Part shown: piece by piece, positions 28,255 through 41,437 of the stretch | Position numbering within the stretch: position 1 is the stretch's first letter | How the letters are laid out: every line of letters begins with the position of its first letter | Assembly (NCBI GenBank): GCA_963976765.1 | Contig: CAXBME010000042.1 | Coordinates: 1 to 50,611, forward strand | Reading direction: 5' to 3' | DNA: 50,611 nt | Source of the DNA: an uncultured Planctomycetaceae bacterium | GTDB lineage: Bacteria > Planctomycetota > Planctomycetia > Planctomycetales > Planctomycetaceae | Notes under the pieces: generated by a model | The model's database searches: none | What the model saw: only the letters and a program-made list of their open reading frames with translations | What the model was told of the DNA's origin: nothing | Position numbers and translations under genes: made by a program

Positions 28255-31200
28255 TCACTCAGCCAGAAGCTGTACCTGCGCTTTCGAACCTGCCACATCG
28301 TTGATTTGTACCTGGACGGGGGCGGGGCGTTCAGCCTCGGATACCATGAGGGTGATGCGATGTTGTCCGGCCTTCAGATTAAGAATCGATCTGGCGGCGG
28401 CTTCAAGCTCAACTCCGTCAAGCCAGACGGTAGTGCCTTTGATTGAGTTCAGGGCGAGTTCAACTTCTCCGGCAGTCCCCACGTCGAGTGAAAAACGAAG
28501 GAAGTTCAGCCCGGATGGAGCATTCTGAAAAGGACCTCGGTACATCACTTTCGGAAGATCGTTCAGTGGTAGCTCGCCGCTCACTCGGCTGTAGGCGGGC
28601 TGCCAGACGAACGCTGGATCGTCTTCGGTGACTGATGCCAGACGCGTTCGTCGCAGTTTAAAGGTCACATCGTTCGAAGGTTGCAGAACCTGCCAGTTTC
28701 GAACGATTCGATCGCGGCTGACCTGGAGACCTCCGACCTTTCCAAGCTCTGACAGAAATCGCACGACGTCGACAAGTTCCTGATGCGTCAGTTTGTCGGA
28801 CAAGCCTGCGGGCATGAGCGACGTACCGTTGACCTGCTCGTCGATCGAGTCCAGGGCGATGGCCGTTTCCACTCCTTCGGCATTTCGGAGAATCAACTGA
28901 CTGTCCGTCTGGCGAACCTTGATTCCAGAGAACGTCTTGCCGTCGTCAGTCACGACGATGACCGTGTGATAGCCTTCTTTGACTTTCGCGTTGGGATCAA
29001 GCAGCGATTCAACCAGGTAGTCGATCTGCGCACTGCCGCCGATGCTGCCCATGTCCGGCCCGACTTTTCCGCCAGCTCCACCGATGGCGTGACACTTCAT
29101 GCAGGACAGACTGGCTCGTCGGTAAATCGCTTCGCCGCGAGTTCGGTCCCCTTTGTTGCGGACGTCGGTCACGAATGCTGCCATCTCTTCGGGGGTCAGT
29201 TTTTTCGATCCTGACTCGATTGAACCAGCGGCGGCGATGGCCGACTTCAGTTCGTCGAGTTTTCGACCGGAACTGTCGATCGCACGCACGGCCAGCTTGG
29301 CGGCGTCGTCCGGCAGCGTTCGTCCTTTGAGTGCTGACTGCAGAGCACCGGGCCCCTGTTTGTGTTGGACGAGCGTCTGGATCAGCCGCGTTGGATTGGA
29401 GCCTCGGCTTGAGGACAACAGGTCGACGGCGAGCTTTGCTCCGTCGGTTGGATTTCGAGCTGCGATGCCCAGCACGGCTGCTTCTCGGACTTCGTAAGGC
29501 TCTGTTTCTGTCGCGACAAGTTCCGTCAGCAGTCTGACCGAGGCGGCGTCACCGAAAGTCGCCAGGCTACTGATGGCGGCGGTTCTGACTGGCAACGGAG
29601 TCTTTGCCGCTCTGGCTAACGCGGTAAGTGGCTCGGTATATTTTTTCACCTGCCAGGCACCAGCAGCTTCAATGGCCAGAGCGTGGATCGAGATCGGCTG
29701 TTCGTCCTTCAGCAATTCATCAAGCGACGACAGATCGCCGGCGGGACGCAGCTTGCGTTGCTGCGAAGCCGCGACCAGAGCGTGCAGCAGTGCATGGCGT
29801 TGTGCATCGTCCGGCTCGCTGGCGGCCACGCCGAGAATCGCCTCGTACTGTTGCGCGTTTCCTCGCGCGACGACGAGGTTGACCGCTTCGTTCCACCTCT
29901 GGCCAGACAGGTCGTCGGACTTCAACAGAAGAATCAACTGAGGCACTGCTGACGCCGCATCGGCAGCCATCAGCGCGAACGTCAGTTGAGCGGGGCTGTT
30001 GAACGTCAGCTTCCCGGACTCAACCAGCGGCAGCCAGGTGTTGCGAGTTTCCCAGGCCGTCAGCCAGAGGGCGTAATCAAGAAACCGATCCGTCGGGTGA
30101 TCGACGGCTTCCATGGCGCGAGTGACGGCTTCAACGGTGCCGATGTTGCCGAGAACTCGCACAGCTTCGAGGCGGACTCGCGGGTTTTCGTCATGGACAC
30201 AACGACCGACCAGGCTGAGGATTTCTTCAGCCGGTAAGTCATTTCGCCAGTGCTGAGCAACTCTTACGGCTGCTGCTCGGACTTCGGGCGTTTTAGAATC
30301 GACGATCAGGGTTTGGAGAATCGATTCGTCGGGCGCTCGCAACGCCTGGTGGAGCCACAAGGCTTCGAGTTTGTGCCGATCGTCGTTGATGGCTGCGGTC
30401 CACTTTTTGAGTGGAGCAAGGACCGCGTCATGACCTCGTTCTTTCAGGACGCGACGAGTCTGCTCGCGAGTCCAGCCTTCTGGCGACTTCAATTGTTCGA
30501 GCAGTTCCGGAATCGACGCGTCGACGAGCTGCGGACGTTTGGCCGCTCCACCGTTGGGCGTTTTACCTTTATACGAGACCCGCCAGATGCGACCGTGAGT
30601 GTGGTCTCGCCGAGGGTCGCGAAAGTCGACTTCGCCATGCTGGATGATCGGGTTGTACCAGTCGGCGATGTAAATCGCTCCGTCCGGTCCCATCGCGACG
30701 TCGATCGGGCGGAACGCGACGTGTGGAGTCTTGATCAGCTCGCCAAGTTCCCGCGACGCGTAACCGGCGCCGTCGTCGCTCAGCTTGAACCGGCATACTC
30801 GATGGCCTCGGAAGTCGTTGGTGATCATGTCGCCCTGCCAGTCTTCCGGCACCTGCCGACCGCTGACGATAGCGAGTCCGCAGTATTTCGGGCTGCCCGG
30901 ATTCAAACCGTGAAAGATTCGGGGAATGCCCTGAGCTGTCGGGTAAGCGGCGCCCGGTATCGCGTAGTTGATGCCTTCCCCGCCGGCCCCATCGGTAGCG
31001 AACGATTGACCAAATTGATCGAACTGGTGTCCCCAGGTGTTGACCCAGCCGCGTGCGAACACTTCGAGTTCCATCGTTTCGGGACGAAACTGCCAGATGC
31101 CGCCCGCGTTGAGCCGGCGTACGCCGTGCGGAGTTTCTATGTGCGAATGGATGTAGATCGACTGGTTCATGTAGAGCATCCCGTCGGGACCCCAGCGGAG

Positions 31201-31710
31201 CGTGTGCAGGATGTGGTGCGTGTCCTCGGTGCCGAATCCTGACAGAACTACTCGTTCGCGATCAGACTTTCCGTCGCCGTCGGTGTCGGAAAAGTGCAGC
31301 AGCTCGGTGCTGTTTGCCGCGTAGACGCCACCGTCGCCCGGAAGGACTCCCGTTGGAATCAGCAGACCGTCCGCGAAGACTTTCGTACTGTCAGCTGTTC
31401 CGTCGCCGTCGTTGTCTTCAACGACAAGGATGCGGTCGTTGGCTTTCTCACCCGGTTTGATGTGCGGATAAATTTCCGAACTGGCGATCCACAGTCGACC
31501 TTGAGGGTCGAAGTTCATCTGGATCGGTTTGGCGATCTGAGGGTCGGCTGCGTAAAGATTCACTTCCCAACCGTCGGCCACGATGAATGATTTCCGCTCG
31601 ATCTCCGGGTCAGGATCGGGAATGTCCGTCAGGTTCCGTTGAGCGAATGCCGTTGACGATGCGACGAACAGAAACAGAAACAAAATCTGACCACGAACGA
31701 GAACAGTCAT
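28255..31710 (-). CDS. PVC-type heme-binding CxxCH protein (membrane-bound dehydrogenase-like propeller, HEAT repeats, cytochrome c)
   Basis: Signal peptide, FRPIDVAMGPDGAIYIADWYN, HEAT-like repeats, CMKCH...GPD...SLMP. Confidence 0.92.
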   Translation of the reverse strand: MTVLVRGQILFLFLFVASSTAFAQRNLTDIPDPDPEIERKSFIVADGWEVNLYAADPQIAKPIQMNFDPQGRLWIASSEIYPHIKPGEKANDRILVVEDNDGDGTADSTKVFADGLLIPTGVLPGDGGVYAANSTELLHFSDTDGDGKSDRERVVLSGFGTEDTHHILHTLRWGPDGMLYMNQSIYIHSHIETPHGVRRLNAGGIWQFRPETMELEVFARGWVNTWGHQFDQFGQSFATDGAGGEGINYAIPGAAYPTAQGIPRIFHGLNPGSPKYCGLAIVSGRQVPEDWQGDMITNDFRGHRVCRFKLSDDGAGYASRELGELIKTPHVAFRPIDVAMGPDGAIYIADWYNPIIQHGEVDFRDPRRDHTHGRIWRVSYKGKTPNGGAAKRPQLVDASIPELLEQLKSPEGWTREQTRRVLKERGHDAVLAPLKKWTAAINDDRHKLEALWLHQALRAPDESILQTLIVDSKTPEVRAAAVRVAQHWRNDLPAEEILSLVGRCVHDENPRVRLEAVRVLGNIGTVEAVTRAMEAVDHPTDRFLDYALWLTAWETRNTWLPLVESGKLTFNSPAQLTFALMAADAASAVPQLILLLKSDDLSGQRWNEAVNLVVARGNAQQYEAILGVAASEPDDAQRHALLHALVAASQQRKLRPAGDLSSLDELLKDEQPISIHALAIEAAGAWQVKKYTEPLTALARAAKTPLPVRTAAISSLATFGDAASVRLLTELVATETEPYEVREAAVLGIAARNPTDGAKLAVDLLSSSRGSNPTRLIQTLVQHKQGPGALQSALKGRTLPDDAAKLAVRAIDSSGRKLDELKSAIAAAGSIESGSKKLTPEEMAAFVTDVRNKGDRTRGEAIYRRASLSCMKCHAIGGAGGKVGPDMGSIGGSAQIDYLVESLLDPNAKVKEGYHTVIVVTDDGKTFSGIKVRQTDSQLILRNAEGVETAIALDSIDEQVNGTSLMPAGLSDKLTHQELVDVVRFLSELGKVGGLQVSRDRIVRNWQVLQPSNDVTFKLRRTRLASVTEDDPAFVWQPAYSRVSGELPLNDLPKVMYRGPFQNAPSGLNFLRFSLDVGTAGEVELALNSIKGTTVWLDGVELEAAARSILNLKAGQHRITLMVSEAERPAPVQVQINDVAGSKAQVQLLAE

Positions 31711-32128
31711 TTCTTGCTATGCCTTAATGATTGAGGGCCGATCTGCAGTGACCGGTGACTGATGTAAGAAGTTGATTCGGGTATGGCTTTTTCAGGGACG
31801 CGTCTTGCTCGGGTGCAGAACCTTATCGCACGTTTGAAAGTCTGCAACGAGGCGTGAATGGCGGATCGTCCCGCCCCCTGGGTTTTGAAACCGTAATGTA
31901 GCTGGATCGTCGCCCGCGAATACCGTTTCAACCCGAACAGTTGCCAGAGCGATGCTGCATCACCTGCTCGAATTTACAAGGCAGGGTCTCCGGATGAAAC
32001 AGTCGGGAGTATTTCCGGAGTTTGTCTTCAGGAAAACCAGATACAAACGCGAAAGCCAGGCCGTACCGTTTGCGGCCTGGGCCAAAATGAGCGACGCCCC
32101 AATCTTCGGACAGATTCCTGACTGGTGG

Positions 32129-32746
32129 TTACTGCCCGAGTAGAATCAGCTGTGGTGCCAGTTCTTTAGCAAGTGGAGTTGGCGAGGAGATCAGGATCGT
32201 CGATTCCGAAAGCTCGTGCAGAGCTGCCAGAACGCAGTCGGCTCCGGCGGCGTCCAGATCTGCGAGCGGTTCGTCAAGCAGCAGCAATTCCGGTTCGAGC
32301 ACGCACGCTCGGGCCAATGCCGTGCGGCGACGTTCGCCACCGGATAGCGAGCTGACTGATCGACCGGCGAGATGCTCAATGCTGAAACGTTTCATCCAGA
32401 GTTGGGCAAGTTGGCGACGAGCTGGTTTCGACACTGCCTTTGCCCTGAGCCCGTATTCGACATTCGCGAGAACGGTACCATCGAAGAGGTAGGGAGACTG
32501 GTGAACGAAGACTCGATCGCTTAACGGAAATGCGATATCGCAGCTGCCGAGGTAGTCTGTTTCGAGCCCCGCCAGCACTCGCATCAGCGTTGACTTTCCG
32601 CTGCCGTTGGGACCTGTGATGCCCACTGTGCTGCCGCGAGCGACCGTCGCGTCGTTGGTCTGGCAAATGATCTGCCCGCCTTTGGTGACGGTCAGGTTTG
32701 ATAAGGTAATGACAGGGCGAGTCTTGGATTCAGCAGAAGACTTCAC
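32129..32746 (-). CDS. tupC: Tungstate ABC transporter ATP-binding subunit
   Basis: GPNGSGKST, LSGGE, LLLLDEP; lies in an operon with tupAB. Confidence 0.8.
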   Translation of the reverse strand: MKSSAESKTRPVITLSNLTVTKGGQIICQTNDATVARGSTVGITGPNGSGKSTLMRVLAGLETDYLGSCDIAFPLSDRVFVHQSPYLFDGTVLANVEYGLRAKAVSKPARRQLAQLWMKRFSIEHLAGRSVSSLSGGERRRTALARACVLEPELLLLDEPLADLDAAGADCVLAALHELSESTILISSPTPLAKELAPQLILLGQ

Positions 32747-33441
32747 AAGTCGGCCTCCTCAGTTCCACGACTGAGCAACGCCATGACCAGCGTGACGAAC
32801 AGAGCGATTGTCAGCAGAATGAGGCTCATCGCAACTCCCGAAGCAAACTCGCCGCGTGCTGTTTCCAGTGCGGTTGCCGTTGTCAGGGTGCGAGTCCTGC
32901 CCGTGATGTTTCCACCGACCATCATCGCGATTCCAAGTTCAGTGAAGCATCGAGAGAACGCAGTCAGAACAGCCAGCATAATGGCCAGACGAGCTTCGCG
33001 AAGATACGTCATCGATCGCTGGACAGCGCCGGCTCCCAGAGTTCTGGCAGTTTCGAAGACTCGGCGATCAAGTCGCGAGATGGCTCCGTGAGTCAGCGTA
33101 ACGACAATCGGAACTGCCAGAAAAAACTCACCGAGCACAATGGCCCAGGTGGTGTAAAGCAGTTCGAATTCACCCAGCGCGCCGCGGCGGGAAAGGAGCC
33201 CGTAGCAGAGCAGACCGATCAGGACGGTGGGGATCGACATGCCAACTCGAAACAGGACGACAATGACGGATCGGCCTGCAAAAGACTTTCTCGCGAGCAG
33301 TAGGCCGATCGCGATGCCCAGAGCCGACGCGAAGACGACGGCCACGATGGAAACCCACAGACTGCGCGTTGCGGCGTCGATGACGGCCTCGTCAAGTCGC
33401 AGCAGAAGTTTCAGGGCTTCCTGAAATCCCTCACGAATCAC
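32743..33441 (-). CDS. tupB: Tungstate ABC transporter permease
   Basis: LLSRRGALG, ELGIAMMVGGNI.GRTRTLTTA.ALET.RG motif. Confidence 0.88.
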   Translation of the reverse strand: MIREGFQEALKLLLRLDEAVIDAATRSLWVSIVAVVFASALGIAIGLLLARKSFAGRSVIVVLFRVGMSIPTVLIGLLCYGLLSRRGALGEFELLYTTWAIVLGEFFLAVPIVVTLTHGAISRLDRRVFETARTLGAGAVQRSMTYLREARLAIMLAVLTAFSRCFTELGIAMMVGGNITGRTRTLTTATALETARGEFASGVAMSLILLTIALFVTLVMALLSRGTEEADL

Positions 33442-34364
33442 TCGGACGATTCCTCTGCAAGCCGGTCGGCGTGAAAGAGTCGCTGTCCGTTGATTTCGTA
33501 ACCGGCAATCAGGTGTTGAGCCTGCTCGGAAATCAGGAAGTCGGCGAACTGGTTCGCCAGCCTGGAATTGACAGCAGGATGTTTTTCAGGGTTGACCACC
33601 ATCACTGCGTACGGGTTTTCAAGATCGTTCGCTCCGCTGACGAGCGGTACGAGCTGAAATCTCTGGCTCTGCTTCAGCCATGTTCCGTCATCCGTCAACA
33701 CGTAAGCGTTCATCTCGTCGGCCATGATCAGCGTTGGCCCCATGCCCTGGCCGCTTTCGACAAAGCCATCCCATTCAGGTCGACCGCCGAGTTTCTGCCA
33801 GAGTGTCTGCTCGAGTTTGTGAGTGCCGCTGTCGTCGCCTCGTGAGACAAACCGATGTTTGCCTTCCGAGATTCTGCGCAGCGCGACGACGGCGTCTGTT
33901 CCCGCCGCGCCTGCCGGGTCGTTGGTCGGTCCTGCAATGATGAAAAAGTTGTGCATGATCGGCTCGTGCCGGACGCCGTGTCCGGCAGCCATGAACGCTT
34001 CTTCGGCAGAGCGGGCATGGACGAGAACGGCGTCGACATCGCCTGCCTCGCCCAGCTTTAACGCGGCGCCGGTCCCTACGGCAATCAGGTCGATTCGGCA
34101 ATGACTGGCTTTCTCAAATTCCGGCAGCAGGATGTCGAGCAGTCCGGAATCGCGAGTGCTGGTAGTCGAGGCTACTTTCAGCACAGTCTGTGCGCGAGGC
34201 ATCGCATCGCCCGTTGCGGCGTCGATCGCTGACTCGGTTGGCGAATTTTCGCCGGTTGTCGAACCGGTCTGCTGAGCAGGCTGTGTGCCACAACCGATCA
34301 GAAATGCCATCAGTAGAAGCACGCCGTGCAGCGTCGCTGAGGAGTGAGACGTTTCGTTCTGCAT
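33438..34364 (-). CDS. tupA: Tungstate ABC transporter substrate-binding lipoprotein
   Basis: Lipobox FLIGC, STTSTRDSGLL, AVGTGAAL, SRGDDSGTH, GQGMG. Start taken at ATG 34364. Confidence 0.9.
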   Translation of the reverse strand: MQNETSHSSATLHGVLLLMAFLIGCGTQPAQQTGSTTGENSPTESAIDAATGDAMPRAQTVLKVASTTSTRDSGLLDILLPEFEKASHCRIDLIAVGTGAALKLGEAGDVDAVLVHARSAEEAFMAAGHGVRHEPIMHNFFIIAGPTNDPAGAAGTDAVVALRRISEGKHRFVSRGDDSGTHKLEQTLWQKLGGRPEWDGFVESGQGMGPTLIMADEMNAYVLTDDGTWLKQSQRFQLVPLVSGANDLENPYAVMVVNPEKHPAVNSRLANQFADFLISEQAQHLIAGYEINGQRLFHADRLAEESSE

Positions 34365-34535
34365 GGTCGTTTCGAGGTTCCCGCGAATCTGAATTGAAGG
34401 TGACCGGTCTGGCCATCGCACGCGAAGGTTACGGAATCGGCACGCTGAATCACAGCACCCCGGCGTTGCCTGGCCAGGTTGAAAGCCTACGATAAAAGCT
34501 GTTTCTCACCCCTATGACGAGTGCCGACCTTTGCC

Positions 34536-35921
34536 ATGCCTGAAAACGTAGCCACAAAGAACTGTCTTCATGATTTACGGATCGCGCTTGGGGAGCGGGT
34601 CACGACGGACGTGGACATTCTGCTGGAGCATGGGAAGGATTCGGCCCATCACGCGGCGCAGGCCCCGGATGTGGTGGTCCAGGCGGCGTCTACCGACGAC
34701 GTCGTGGAGACCGTGCGAATCTGCTCGAAGCACGGAGTTCCCATCATTCCCTTCGGTACAGGGACTGCCGTTGAAGGCGGTGTGGTGGCGACGCGGGGCG
34801 GAGTTTGCGTCGACGTTCAGAAAATGAATCGGATCAAACGGCTCAGTGTGGCAGACATGGACGTGACCGTTGAAGCAGGGGTCACGCGATTGCAACTCAA
34901 CGATTATCTGGCAGAGCAGGGGACCGTCCTGCATTTTCCGGTGGACCCAGGTGCCGACGCCTCGCTGGGAGGCATGGCGGCGACGCGAGCGTCGGGAACA
35001 GCGGCGGTTCGCTACGGGACGATGCGTGAGAATGTGCTTGGTCTGAAAGTCGTCCTGGCCAGCGGGGAAGTCATTAAGACCGGTGGTCGAGCCAGAAAGT
35101 CGTCGGCTGGCTATGACCTGACTCGATTGTTTGTGGGTTCGGAAGGAACGCTCGGGCTGATCACCGAAGTCACGCTGAAACTGGCTCCCTTGCCCGAAGC
35201 AATCTCGGCGGCCGTTTGCAGTTTTGATTCCATCGACGCGGCGGTGGAATCGGTCATTGATGTGATGTCCAAAGGGATTCCCATCGCCAGGATCGAGCTA
35301 CTGGACGAGATTCAGATGGACGCCGTGAACCGGTATTCCGAGTTGAGTTACGAAGTCGCGCCGACGTTGTTTTTCGAGTTCCACGGAAGCGACGCAGCGG
35401 TCGTTGAACAGGCCGAACGAACGCGGGAAATTCTTGATTCGCATGGCGTCCGGAATTTTCACTGGGCAAGCGGGCAGGGCGAACGTGACCGGCTCTGGGA
35501 GGCCCGGCACAACGGCTACTACGCAACCATTGGTCTGCGTGAAGGTTCGATTGGTTACGTGACCGACGTTTGCGTCCCGGTCAGTCAGCTGGCCGAGTGC
35601 ATTCGCCGAACAAAGGTTGACCTGGCGGGTTGTTCGGTCCCGGCTCCATTGTTCGGACATGTTGGAGACGGAAATTTTCACGTCGTCTTCCCGATCATGC
35701 CGGGCAACGAGGCGGAGCTGGTCGAAGTCAAAATGCTCGGTGCAAAGATGGTTGATCACGCACTGGCCTTAGGCGGAACCTGCACCGGCGAGCACGGGAT
35801 CGGCATCGGAAAGATCGATGCGCTGCGCAAAGAACACGGCTCAGCCGTCGACACGATGCGAGCGATCAAATCGGCACTCGACCCGAATAATCTAATGAAT
35901 CCCGGGAAACTGTTTGGCTGA
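34536..35921 (+). CDS. FAD-linked oxidase (D-lactate dehydrogenase/GlcD family)
   Basis: FPVDPGADASLGGM, GYDLTRLFVGSEGTLG, GHVGDGNFH, GEHGIG, DPNNLMNPGK. Confidence 0.92.
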   Translation: MPENVATKNCLHDLRIALGERVTTDVDILLEHGKDSAHHAAQAPDVVVQAASTDDVVETVRICSKHGVPIIPFGTGTAVEGGVVATRGGVCVDVQKMNRIKRLSVADMDVTVEAGVTRLQLNDYLAEQGTVLHFPVDPGADASLGGMAATRASGTAAVRYGTMRENVLGLKVVLASGEVIKTGGRARKSSAGYDLTRLFVGSEGTLGLITEVTLKLAPLPEAISAAVCSFDSIDAAVESVIDVMSKGIPIARIELLDEIQMDAVNRYSELSYEVAPTLFFEFHGSDAAVVEQAERTREILDSHGVRNFHWASGQGERDRLWEARHNGYYATIGLREGSIGYVTDVCVPVSQLAECIRRTKVDLAGCSVPAPLFGHVGDGNFHVVFPIMPGNEAELVEVKMLGAKMVDHALALGGTCTGEHGIGIGKIDALRKEHGSAVDTMRAIKSALDPNNLMNPGKLFG

Positions 35922-35999
35922 GTTCTGAACAGACCATTTTCGAACAGACCGATGTCTCCCCGGCCTGATTTGTGTTCCCATCGTGAATTCACCGCGGTG

Positions 36000-36359
36000 T
36001 CAGGTTGATCGTCGAGTTGACTTACGATTTTCGTGAATCTCGCGAATGCCTGGCAAAGTGGCGATTTGCTGAATGTGGTGCGGGAGGGCTCGAACGACGA
36101 TCGCTCCGGCTGACTTCAGTGTTCTGGCGTCGCCAGGGACGATTGCCTCAATCGATTTCAATAAAGCTTGCAGCAGTTTCTCGCGGTCACCATTGCTTGT
36201 GTGGTCGACACTGCTGAAACGATGTCGAACTCCCGACCTTTTCACCGAAACCGTCCGACGAGGCAACTCGGCCTGTACGATGAATGTTCGCGGCTCGGGA
36301 TCTTTCGATTTCATCCAGTCGCTGGCAGTTTCCGGGATTGGAATCGGTTCGTTGGGCAC
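36000..36359 (-). CDS. Stand-alone subtilase propeptide-like (inhibitor I9-like) protein
   Basis: GTG start 17 bp after the S8 stop. FIVQAE...AIVVRALPHHIQQIATLPGIREIHENRK parallels the adjacent protease prodomain VIVQME...SMPMQLTREELESLVSIPQIKAVHVNRK. Confidence 0.6.
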   Translation of the reverse strand: MPNEPIPIPETASDWMKSKDPEPRTFIVQAELPRRTVSVKRSGVRHRFSSVDHTSNGDREKLLQALLKSIEAIVPGDARTLKSAGAIVVRALPHHIQQIATLPGIREIHENRKSTRRST

Positions 36360-36376
36360 TGGCTTTCCGCCTGTTC

Positions 36377-37900
36377 TCAGAATCCTCGTTCTTTCGCGAA
36401 GTCGATTGCGCGGAGAGCGTCGACCGTTCCGAATCCGTATCGGTGATCCTGGCCACTTTCTCCGCGATCACTGACAGAGCCGATTATGAGATCCTGCACG
36501 GCGAATGCCAGTTGCGACCCCGATTCCATGCTGCGAATTTTTGTGGATCCCATCAGAAGCGCCACGGCTCCGGCGACATGAGGCGTGGCCATTGATGTGC
36601 CGTTGAACGATTTCCACTTGCCGCCGGGTACGCTGGACAGAACGGCGACGCCAAGTGCAGACACATCGGGCTTTGAGTATGGCAGCGGCAGATACTTTGG
36701 GGCGATAAAGTCGCTGTCGTACAGAATCTGAGTTCTTCCGCCCGAGAATCCGGCGACTCGATTTTCATGGTCGACGGCGCCGACGCTCAGAGCAAAGAGA
36801 TCGTTTCCGGGCGACCCGGTTGTCTGTTCGCCGTCGTTTCCGATGGCGGCGACGACGGGAATGCCGGCTTCGATGCAGGTCAGGATGGCTTCGGTGTAGG
36901 TGGGCGGCGTGCTGGAGTCGAAGACGAGCCCTCCCAGAGACATGCTCAGTACATCGACGCCTGTGTCTACGGCCCAGTCGATTCCGGCAAGAACCTGCGC
37001 GTCGGTTCCGCCATTTTCGCCATCCAGCACCAGGCCGGCAGCCAGCTTACATTCCGGAGCGACTCCGATGTGCCGACCCGACGCGTTGCCTCCGGCGATT
37101 GTTCCTGCGCAGTGAGTGCCGTGTTCGTCAGAGTCGTGCGGATTGCTGTCGACCTTGTTGCCGAAAAAGTCGAACTCGGCCCAGTGCTCGACTTTGTCTT
37201 TCAGATCAGGGTGCTCAGCGTCGATGCCTGTATCCAGAATCCCGACCAGCACTCCCTTGCCGCGCGAGCCGTGGACACCCCACGCCGCCAGCGCGTTCAA
37301 AGACTGTAATCCATAAGTGGTCGAAAGAATGTCCTCGCCTTCGGTGGCCAGCGGTTTGGCTTCCATCATTGGAGGCAGGTTCAGTTTTCGATTGACATGG
37401 ACGGCTTTGATCTGAGGAATCGAGACCAGCGACTCAAGCTCTTCCCGCGTCAGTTGCATCGGCATGGACCTGGATGTCCAGAACGGGTGTGGAGTCGGGC
37501 GGTCCGGTGAGCTTTTTTTGTCAGGCTTAACCATGCGGGACATGGCTGATTCGTAGATGGCCGATCGGGTCAGTTCTTTCAGAGAATCCTGACCAAGCTT
37601 GCGGATTCCTTTCAGGCTGAAAGCTTCTGCGGCGGCTTTGCCGAGCAGTGTTCTTGTGCTGGCCGTCTGGCTGCGGACTTTCAAGCTGGCTCGTTTAGTA
37701 TCGGAATACTGGGCTGGCAGCAGGTCGCGAGGACTGAGAGCCATGCGGCGTCGGCGAAGTGACTGGCCTGCCGCGCGGCCGAGATTTTTCAGGTTCGTCC
37801 GTGACGATTCCATTTGAACAATGACGTCGACCAGGTTCGACGATGCTTCCTGCGCGATTCGGTCCAGTTGAGATTTGACGCTCGAATCAGTGGATGCCAT
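36377..37900 (-). CDS. S8 (subtilisin-like) serine peptidase without signal peptide
   Basis: Catalytic motifs ILDTGID, HGTHCAGTIAG, AAIGN and GTSMATPHVAG. No hydrophobic N-terminus. GGAG RBS. Confidence 0.95.
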   Translation of the reverse strand: MASTDSSVKSQLDRIAQEASSNLVDVIVQMESSRTNLKNLGRAAGQSLRRRRMALSPRDLLPAQYSDTKRASLKVRSQTASTRTLLGKAAAEAFSLKGIRKLGQDSLKELTRSAIYESAMSRMVKPDKKSSPDRPTPHPFWTSRSMPMQLTREELESLVSIPQIKAVHVNRKLNLPPMMEAKPLATEGEDILSTTYGLQSLNALAAWGVHGSRGKGVLVGILDTGIDAEHPDLKDKVEHWAEFDFFGNKVDSNPHDSDEHGTHCAGTIAGGNASGRHIGVAPECKLAAGLVLDGENGGTDAQVLAGIDWAVDTGVDVLSMSLGGLVFDSSTPPTYTEAILTCIEAGIPVVAAIGNDGEQTTGSPGNDLFALSVGAVDHENRVAGFSGGRTQILYDSDFIAPKYLPLPYSKPDVSALGVAVLSSVPGGKWKSFNGTSMATPHVAGAVALLMGSTKIRSMESGSQLAFAVQDLIIGSVSDRGESGQDHRYGFGTVDALRAIDFAKERGF

Positions 37901-38017
37901 CAGAATATCTCCAGTAAACGGGATTAAACGAGAAATTCAGCTGAACTCGGTCTTTCGCATTATCGATCGTCGCTGTGTGACACCTGGTTTTGCGAGCAGG
38001 ACGGGTACGGGTTTTCT

Positions 38018-41212
<3,195 letters not shown>

Positions 41213-41437
41213 GAACAGAATAAGTGGTCGTTATGACGGTGCAAGGTTCCCGAGTCCCGCCCATCCTTTGGGACGGTTCCTTAACGGCGCTGACCTCGGC
41301 AGAGACACTGACTTGTTCCGCATCGCTGGCATCAGGCGGCGTCGGTGCGGCACAATCCGGGGTACTCGCAGAAGCCCGCGACGCGTTCCTTCAGTTGTCC
41401 CGCAAGTCCCAATGCAACACTTGTTTGAGTAGCCAGC

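Noticed and set aside
26899..28446. 515-aa + strand ORF
   Set aside because: It is antisense to two well-supported minus-strand genes and has an Arg/Phe-rich shadow composition.
34365..34535. Moco/tungsten riboswitch upstream of tupA
   Set aside because: I could not find the conserved Moco-RNA sequence or stem pattern on the minus strand.
35927..35950. GAACAGACC direct repeat next to the NACHT/S8 block (GAACAGA also at 41213) as a target-site duplication
   Set aside because: The matches are only 7-9 bp and could be chance, and no mobility gene is linked to the block.
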